IMG/VR virus record: IMGVR_UViG_3300045391_002568
Location: 2,044-66,043 of that record
Direction: 5' to 3' (one strand)
Length of the DNA: 64,000 bases
Source: a virus
Lineage: Duplodnaviria > Caudoviricetes
Below are positions 59,014 to 64,000 of the stretch, one piece after another. Position 1 is the first letter of the stretch. Each line of letters begins with the position of its first letter. A program made the translations under genes and the position numbers. A model generated the notes under the pieces. The model saw nothing but the letters and a program-made list of their open reading frames with translations. It did not search any database and was not told the origin of the DNA.

Positions 59014-59397
59014 ATGATTCTTTCACGACGCAACCTGATGCGCCTGAACGTCCTGCTGGGCGTGGCGGTGATCGGCATGGTGTTTATGCTGGGCTCCTCG
59101 ATGGGAGCTCGAGGTGCCGCGCAGGATCCTTGGGGCGCAAGCCCGGTTGGATCAGGCGGGCTTGCGGCAATGACAATTGCGGCGCAGCGCGCCGTGGCGG
59201 TGACGCCGAGCAACACCACGGACCTGGCGCTGGTGGCGCGCGCGATCTACAGTCATGACGGTGGCAACGTGGCGTGTCGATTCGCCGATGCGACCTCAGC
59301 GGTGTTTCTGTTCGCTGCCGGAGAGATCAAACCGATTCGGTGCGCGCGCATCCTCTCCACGGGCACCGACTCGACCGCAATCACTGCGCTGTACTAG
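59014..59397 (+). CDS. Head-spike base protein (RcGTA Rcc01079-like) with N-terminal signal/TM
   Basis: AVAVTPSNTTDL...RAIY...GGNVACRF...AGEIKPIR..RILSTGT...ITALY; N-terminal SRRNLM plus hydrophobic stretch. Confidence 0.75.
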   Translation: MILSRRNLMRLNVLLGVAVIGMVFMLGSSMGARGAAQDPWGASPVGSGGLAAMTIAAQRAVAVTPSNTTDLALVARAIYSHDGGNVACRFADATSAVFLFAAGEIKPIRCARILSTGTDSTAITALY

Positions 59398-59572
59398 CGT
59401 CGCTCGACTTGTCCTGTGGTGGTGGTGGCATCATGACCGGCACCACGGGACCGACCCGAAACTTGCACGTTTCGGCCAGCTCCTTGCTCTCGTAGACCAC
59501 CGGCCAGGCCTGCTTGTCGAGCGGTCTGCGGTGCCAGAACAGATACAACTCGCGGGCTTCTGCCGTGGTCAC
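59381..59572 (-). CDS. Hypothetical protein
   Basis: GTGA overlap with the resolvase stop. Confidence 0.5.
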   Translation of the reverse strand: MTTAEARELYLFWHRRPLDKQAWPVVYESKELAETCKFRVGPVVPVMMPPPPQDKSSDASTAQ

Positions 59573-60072
59573 GGCGCGCCCTGCAGTGATTCCTGGGTCA
59601 TGCCGTAATAGCCGAGCAACGCTGCCTCGGCGCGATTGTGGTCCTTCTTGCGGTCCAGAGAGTCACACATCCACGGAAACAGCATGCGCGCCTTCGCGCG
59701 GCAGAATTCCTTGTCCTTGCCGACCAGATCCATGCGGCGCTTCCAGCGCGCCGGGGCGACGATCTCGAACGGGATGCCAGAGATCTGGATGACCGAAAGC
59801 ATGGAGCCGAGCGTCCTTCCCATGGAGTTGGCGGCAATGGTGCCGTTCTTGGCCATCGCCTGCGTGAGCTCGAGCGTGATGAAGCACTCGGCAGAGGCGT
59901 GGTTGAGTCGCGCCCTTCGCAGCAGTTCGATGAACTGCAGCCCGTCTATCCACTTCACCTTGCCGTACTCGAACACCGGCAGGTCCTCGAGGATGTACTC
60001 CTGCCCGATGCGCGACTGGGCGCACAGCGCGCCGGTCAGCCCCGGATCAATACCTATGTGAACCTTGAACAT
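59569..60072 (-). CDS. RuvC-like Holliday junction resolvase
   Basis: HIGIDPGLTGA, ITLE, MGRTLG, VAPARWK, DHNRAEAALL. Confidence 0.85.
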   Translation of the reverse strand: MFKVHIGIDPGLTGALCAQSRIGQEYILEDLPVFEYGKVKWIDGLQFIELLRRARLNHASAECFITLELTQAMAKNGTIAANSMGRTLGSMLSVIQISGIPFEIVAPARWKRRMDLVGKDKEFCRAKARMLFPWMCDSLDRKKDHNRAEAALLGYYGMTQESLQGAP

Positions 60073-60087
60073 CGTGATTTCCCTCCC

Positions 60088-61122
60088 TCAAAATCCAATC
60101 TGCTCACCCTCGACGCCGTAAAGTCGGTCATCGTAGGGGTTGCGCTTCTCGAACTTGATCTGCAGCGCCGAGTACATATCGTCCGGCATGAACCGCCTGT
60201 GTCCGTGCTCCGGATGAAGTGCCCACTGCCGGCCCCGCGGCAGATATGCGAGCTCGAGCATCCCGACCCTGTTCCAGTCACCGCGCTGCTTCCACGCGCG
60301 CAGCACGCTGTCGCACTTATCGCCAAGGCTGCCGGGGCCGCCTATTCCCCACTCCTCACGCTTCTTTGGCGATGACGGCGCGCGCTGGATGGTTGCGACG
60401 GTGTGCGCCAGGGCGACGAGCTCCTGCGCGCCCTGGATGTCGTACATATCCATCATGTCCTGCGAGCTGGTGGTCTTGCGCGGGTGCACGACCAGGTGGA
60501 AATGGATGCCGTACTGGCGCGTGGCGCGATTCAATTTCATGCCGAGCTCTTTCTGCGCATCGAAGTCATCTTTGCGGATACTGAGCATCATCAGCGAGTC
60601 GATGACCGCGTGCGTGATGCCGAACTCCTTGGCGGCATAGATTGCGGCCCCGATCACGACATCGGGTTCTATGAACCCGGAATGGTTGAATATCACGAGC
60701 CGGTCATCGAGCCAATCAATCGCGTCCTCGACCCGCCGCTCATCCAGCTGGCGCATCGTCAATACGGTCGTGCAAAACTCCTTCGCAACGAGAACCGGCT
60801 CCTCTTCGAGCGAGGCGAAGAACACGCGCTCGCCTTCCTTGATGGCGTGAGTCATCAGGAAGCGCAGGAATGCCGTCTTGCCGGAGAACGCCGGCCCAGA
60901 CCACAGTGACCATCGCCCCGGAACGAACCGCAGCAGTGATGTGCCAGCGAAAGGGAGGCCGAGGCCGGTGGGTTGGTGCTTTATGTGGCGCTTCAGGTCG
61001 TCAAGCAGATTCGCCGGATAGGCCAGGTACGGCCTGCTCTCGAGCTCCGCAATCTGTTCCAGGTAGTCGACATCTTGTTTCATCACAAGGCCCTTCAGCG
61101 CCTTGTCCATCCTGCTGCTCAT
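60088..61122 (-). CDS. DnaB-like (SF4) replicative helicase
   Basis: SGPAFSGKT, FASLEE, VIDSLM, HLVVHPRK, DIQGAQ; ATGA overlap at 61122. Confidence 0.85.
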   Translation of the reverse strand: MSSRMDKALKGLVMKQDVDYLEQIAELESRPYLAYPANLLDDLKRHIKHQPTGLGLPFAGTSLLRFVPGRWSLWSGPAFSGKTAFLRFLMTHAIKEGERVFFASLEEEPVLVAKEFCTTVLTMRQLDERRVEDAIDWLDDRLVIFNHSGFIEPDVVIGAAIYAAKEFGITHAVIDSLMMLSIRKDDFDAQKELGMKLNRATRQYGIHFHLVVHPRKTTSSQDMMDMYDIQGAQELVALAHTVATIQRAPSSPKKREEWGIGGPGSLGDKCDSVLRAWKQRGDWNRVGMLELAYLPRGRQWALHPEHGHRRFMPDDMYSALQIKFEKRNPYDDRLYGVEGEQIGF

Positions 61123-62303
61123 CGAGATCTCCTGTTCTGATTCACCGGCGGAAGTGCCAGTTGGAAGTTTCGGTATTGGTATGCGGCCTTCACGTACTCC
61201 GCATTTAATTCGGTGCCGACGAACTGCCTGCCGAGCTGACACGCCGCCTCGAACGTCGCGCCGCTGCCAGTGAACGGATCGAGAATCACATCACCTGGTC
61301 GACTGCCGGCAAGAATTGCCCTGCGCGGGATCTCTGGCGGGAAGGTTGCGAAATGGGGTCCGCTGAATTTCTCCGTGGGAATGCGCCAAACGCTGCGCAC
61401 ATTGCGCCACGCGAGCCGCGGCCCACTGATCGACTCGGACATGCTGGCATTGGCGCGCGGCCGCGCCTTGAACTTCGTCACCCGCCCGGCATCCCGCGCA
61501 TGGTCCACAGCCTCGTGACTTCCCGGCCCATACATCCAGCCGGCAACCGCCTTCGGATTGACGCCTTTCGGTCTGGTTCTGGGCTGTCCCTCTGCCTCGC
61601 ACACCGCCGGCAGGAGTGCCTTCATGGGGCGATCCGGTCGCGTGCCGCCATTGGCCCTCGTCGACCCCCTCTGCCTAGCAACCTCCTGCGAGACGCGCAG
61701 GTGGGTATTTGGCGACACCGGCTCCAGCAGGGCGTCGTAGTCCCAGTAGTAGTGGCGCGCCTTGGCGAAGATGAAGATGTGGCTATGGCTTGTGGTGGGC
61801 CTGTCCTTCGTGCTTTCAGGCATGGCCCCCGGCTTCTCCCAGATGACCTCTTGCCGGAGTATCCAGCCGCGATCCTGCAGTGCGAATGCGAGGCGCCACG
61901 GCTGGCCCATCATGTCCTTGAAGTGCCTCCCCGCGCGACGCGCGCTGTTGCCGATCAGATTGCGCTGCGTGTGCCGACGAATATTCCGCGCGCCGTGCTT
62001 GCCTTGCATGCCTGTGCCGCCGCTCGAGTAATAGGCATCCCCCATTTCCACCCACAACGTCCCGTCCTTCTCCAGTACCTCCCAGACCGCATCGAACACG
62101 TCAGCCACGCGCTCGATGAATGCTGGAAGTGAAGCGTCCAGACCGATCTCCTTCGCCTTGTCTGGATGATTGTCTGGCAGGTACGAGCGCAACCCGTAAA
62201 AGGGCGGACTGGTGACGCACACCTTGGCGCGCACGCCATCTTCGGCCATGGCGCGCAGCAGCGGCGCGGCGTCGCCGACATGGATCTTGTTGAGCCAGTT
62301 CAC
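61119..62303 (-). CDS. Solitary N4/N6 DNA methyltransferase (beta class)
   Basis: CVTSPPFYGLRSY, IWEKP..MPES..DR.T..H, HFATFP, VILDPFTGSGAT. Confidence 0.9.
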   Translation of the reverse strand: MNWLNKIHVGDAAPLLRAMAEDGVRAKVCVTSPPFYGLRSYLPDNHPDKAKEIGLDASLPAFIERVADVFDAVWEVLEKDGTLWVEMGDAYYSSGGTGMQGKHGARNIRRHTQRNLIGNSARRAGRHFKDMMGQPWRLAFALQDRGWILRQEVIWEKPGAMPESTKDRPTTSHSHIFIFAKARHYYWDYDALLEPVSPNTHLRVSQEVARQRGSTRANGGTRPDRPMKALLPAVCEAEGQPRTRPKGVNPKAVAGWMYGPGSHEAVDHARDAGRVTKFKARPRANASMSESISGPRLAWRNVRSVWRIPTEKFSGPHFATFPPEIPRRAILAGSRPGDVILDPFTGSGATFEAACQLGRQFVGTELNAEYVKAAYQYRNFQLALPPVNQNRRSR

Positions 62304-62416
62304 TGTTTAAGGTGCCCTTTGAGCAGGGCAATGGCGTCAGGGCGTACCATGAAGAAATAATCGCCGCTCTTTGACGGGCGCACGGTCGCATGACCCAGGC
62401 CGTCACGCACGGACAT
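62300..62416 (-). CDS. Small hypothetical protein (38 aa)
   Basis: MSVRDGLGHATVRP...; its stop overlaps the MTase start. Confidence 0.4.
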   Translation of the reverse strand: MSVRDGLGHATVRPSKSGDYFFMVRPDAIALLKGHLKQ

Positions 62417-62711
62417 GAGCGCCTCTTGATTGAGCGTCGAGACCTCGATGATTCTGAAGCGATGCCAGCCCTTTATCCGTGATGTAGAAATCTCCACGAC
62501 AGCCGCAGGTGCATCCATCCACCAAGCCGCGCTTTATCAACCGGCCCATCTTCGCCAGCCGCAGCTTCTCTGGCGTTCCTGCTGGCATGCAATCAACCAC
62601 CGATGGCATGCCGCCAGGACGCGGCTCCCAATGCGTTGCCCACTTAAACTCGTGCGTGTTATCACGCAGCCATTCAAGGATCGGACGGTCGGGAATGTCA
62701 GAGCACTTCAC
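62403..62711 (-). CDS. Conserved phage protein, winged-helix-like with CxCGCRG
   Basis: DIPDRPILEW...PEKL.LAKM..LIKRGLVDGCTCGCRGDFYITDKG. Confidence 0.7.
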   Translation of the reverse strand: MKCSDIPDRPILEWLRDNTHEFKWATHWEPRPGGMPSVVDCMPAGTPEKLRLAKMGRLIKRGLVDGCTCGCRGDFYITDKGLASLQNHRGLDAQSRGAHVRA

Positions 62712-62959
62712 AGCTTGCCGTCTCCGCTAGACGATATGCACTTTGGGCAGGTGACTGTCTCGTTCGCAGTGTCCCACCATGAATTCTTTCCAGGGGTAGC
62801 GCCGCAGACTGCAGACCACCGCTCATACGGCCCTTTCAGCGTGACCGAGTGAACGATCAATCCCGGACGGCGACCACCAATGCGGTGTCCGAAATAGACT
62901 CGTGCCGTCTCTGAAGCGGCGACACCGATATTCCCGTGCTGTAACCTCGCCATAGTCAT
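62708..62959 (-). CDS. Small putative zinc-binding protein
   Basis: H..., VCG, VTCPKC. Confidence 0.6.
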   Translation of the reverse strand: MTMARLQHGNIGVAASETARVYFGHRIGGRRPGLIVHSVTLKGPYERWSAVCGATPGKNSWWDTANETVTCPKCISSSGDGKL

Positions 62960-62978
62960 CCTCCCGCCGATGGGCGCA

Positions 62979-63134
62979 TCACTGCGCCCGCCGTTTGTTG
63001 ACTCGCTTCAGGTAGGTCTGCACCCGATCCCAGTCCTTCGGGTGGACCCAGAACTGGCGAAGCACAAAGCCGGCGGCGCGCATCCGTGCGCGCTCGTCGG
63101 CCTTGCGTTCGGCTGCTGACTTGGCAGCGCTCAT
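62979..63134 (-). CDS. Small putative DNA-binding protein (51 aa; RHH/DUF3018-like), absent from the ORF track
   Basis: Manual translation MSAAKSAAERKADERARMRAAGFVLRQFWVHPKDWDRVQTYLKRVNKRRAQ*; ATGA overlap. Confidence 0.7.
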   Translation of the reverse strand: MSAAKSAAERKADERARMRAAGFVLRQFWVHPKDWDRVQTYLKRVNKRRAQ

Positions 63135-63367
63135 GCCCTGGCAGCCTGCAACTGCTCGTTGAGCTGCGTGGCGAAGGCATGTGGATCTGCCTGGGCAGCC
63201 GGGTCAACGAAGCGGGCGAATACGCCTTCTCCTTCGATCCGAACGTCGCACTGGCCGTCGCCATAGTCACGTACCACGATGGCGCGCTCGCACTCAACGA
63301 ACACCCTGCCGCTGTAGGTGGTGTTGAGAACCGCGACGCGGTCGCCCTTCTTGTATCGCTTTGCCAT
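63131..63367 (-). CDS. Small SH3/KOW-like protein
   Basis: YKKGDRVAVL...RAIVV...CDVRIEG; AGGAGA RBS; directly behind a consensus promoter. Confidence 0.65.
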   Translation of the reverse strand: MAKRYKKGDRVAVLNTTYSGRVFVECERAIVVRDYGDGQCDVRIEGEGVFARFVDPAAQADPHAFATQLNEQLQAARA

Positions 63368-63405
63368 GCCATTTCTCCTGTTGGTTTACCGACTCGACAG
63401 GATGC

Positions 63406-63449
63406 AGTATAGCACAGTGACATGTCACAGTCAAGAAGTGACATGTCAC
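63406..63449 (-). promoter_or_regulatory. Sigma70 promoter with two palindromic operators
   Basis: Minus strand TTGACT (63434-63429), 17 bp spacer, TATACT (63411-63406) with extended TG; GTGACATGTCAC at 63417-63428 and 63438-63449. Confidence 0.8.
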
Positions 63450-63664
63450 GCATGAGGCTTATCCGATGGACTCGCTGGCGTACAGGCCCACTTGGCTTTG
63501 TAGGCCTCGATAAATTCCGGCTCGAATGAAGATGTCCAGCCGCATCTGCACTCGAACTGTTGTCCATTGAAGCGCGTGCGCGGTGCCTGCCATGCCGGCA
63601 TGTGGGTGCCGCAGTACGGGCTATAGCCGGGCCGCGTCATCAAGTTTTCGCGGACGATGCTCAT
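63446..63664 (-). CDS. Conserved small phage protein
   Basis: SIVRENLMTRPGYSPYCG...PRT.FNG.QF.C.CGW.S.F..EFI..YKAKW. Confidence 0.7.
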   Translation of the reverse strand: MSIVRENLMTRPGYSPYCGTHMPAWQAPRTRFNGQQFECRCGWTSSFEPEFIEAYKAKWACTPASPSDKPHA

Positions 63665-63921
63665 GCGTCACCAGACCCGTTCGCAGCGCGCCACCGCTTT
63701 ACGGTCTTGCACGCCGCGATCTGTTTACGACAGTTTGGGCAGGTAATCAGATCGCCTGGCTGCGCGACGTTCGGCGTCAACGCGTCCGTGTCGTCACCCT
63801 TGCATAGATCGAAGGCATCGCCGCAAAGGGTGAATTCGGGCTGCACAGCGCTTTGTATGCAGACGAATGGGGACCGTTCCGGCGCGGCATCAGGGTCGCC
63901 ATGCGGGTAGCGCGGGCTCAT
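63661..63921 (-). CDS. Small putative zinc-binding protein
   Basis: TLCGDAFD...ITCPNC; coupled overlaps. Confidence 0.65.
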   Translation of the reverse strand: MSPRYPHGDPDAAPERSPFVCIQSAVQPEFTLCGDAFDLCKGDDTDALTPNVAQPGDLITCPNCRKQIAACKTVKRWRAANGSGDA

Positions 63922-64000
63922 GGGTCAACTCTCCCGTTCTCGGATGACGTTTCGTATCGGAAGGCATAGCCTAGTTCGCCCTCGATCTCATGCCCCGTCT
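63918..64000 (-). CDS. C-terminal end of a gene entering from the right edge
   Basis: Open frame ...TGHEIEGELGYAFRYETSSENGRVDP*; its TGA overlaps ATG 63921. Confidence 0.45.
   Translation of the reverse strand, partial: TGHEIEGELGYAFRYETSSENGRVDP

Noticed and set aside
1-64000. tRNA, rRNA, integrase or att sites
   Set aside because: None recognised by eye; tRNAscan and HMM searches were not run

Overview
The window is a GC-rich tailed-phage (or prophage) genome segment with Bcep22/Lessievirus-like podovirus architecture: terminase, P22-like portal, scaffold, N4-gp56/DUF4043-type major capsid, adaptor and nozzle, ejection proteins, and a 4101-aa DarB-like polyvalent protein. Left-reading replication/recombination genes occupy both ends (1-7.2 kb and 59.4-64 kb), so the window is probably most of a circularly permuted genome (inference). 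No integrase, tRNA, CRISPR array or reverse transcriptase was recognised. Family assignments come from motifs recognised by eye, not from database searches. Most unusual signals: (1) five consecutive virion-type head-spike/fibre genes (53.6-59.4 kb, including an RcGTA Rcc01079-like spike base) that all carry Sec/Tat export signals; (2) a tail-nozzle gene split in-frame by a 1236-bp cassette flanked by GCCAT direct repeats; (3) +1-frame ORFs apparently overprinted on linkers of the giant protein; (4) a Tad1-like anti-Thoeris sponge with an in-frame TAG five sense codons before its apparent ancestral stop; (5) a densely structured ~345-nt non-coding leader upstream of the DUF1508-Tad1-Cas4-SSAP operon; (6) phage CsrA, RadC and a Rad50+HerA pair without Mre11/NurA.
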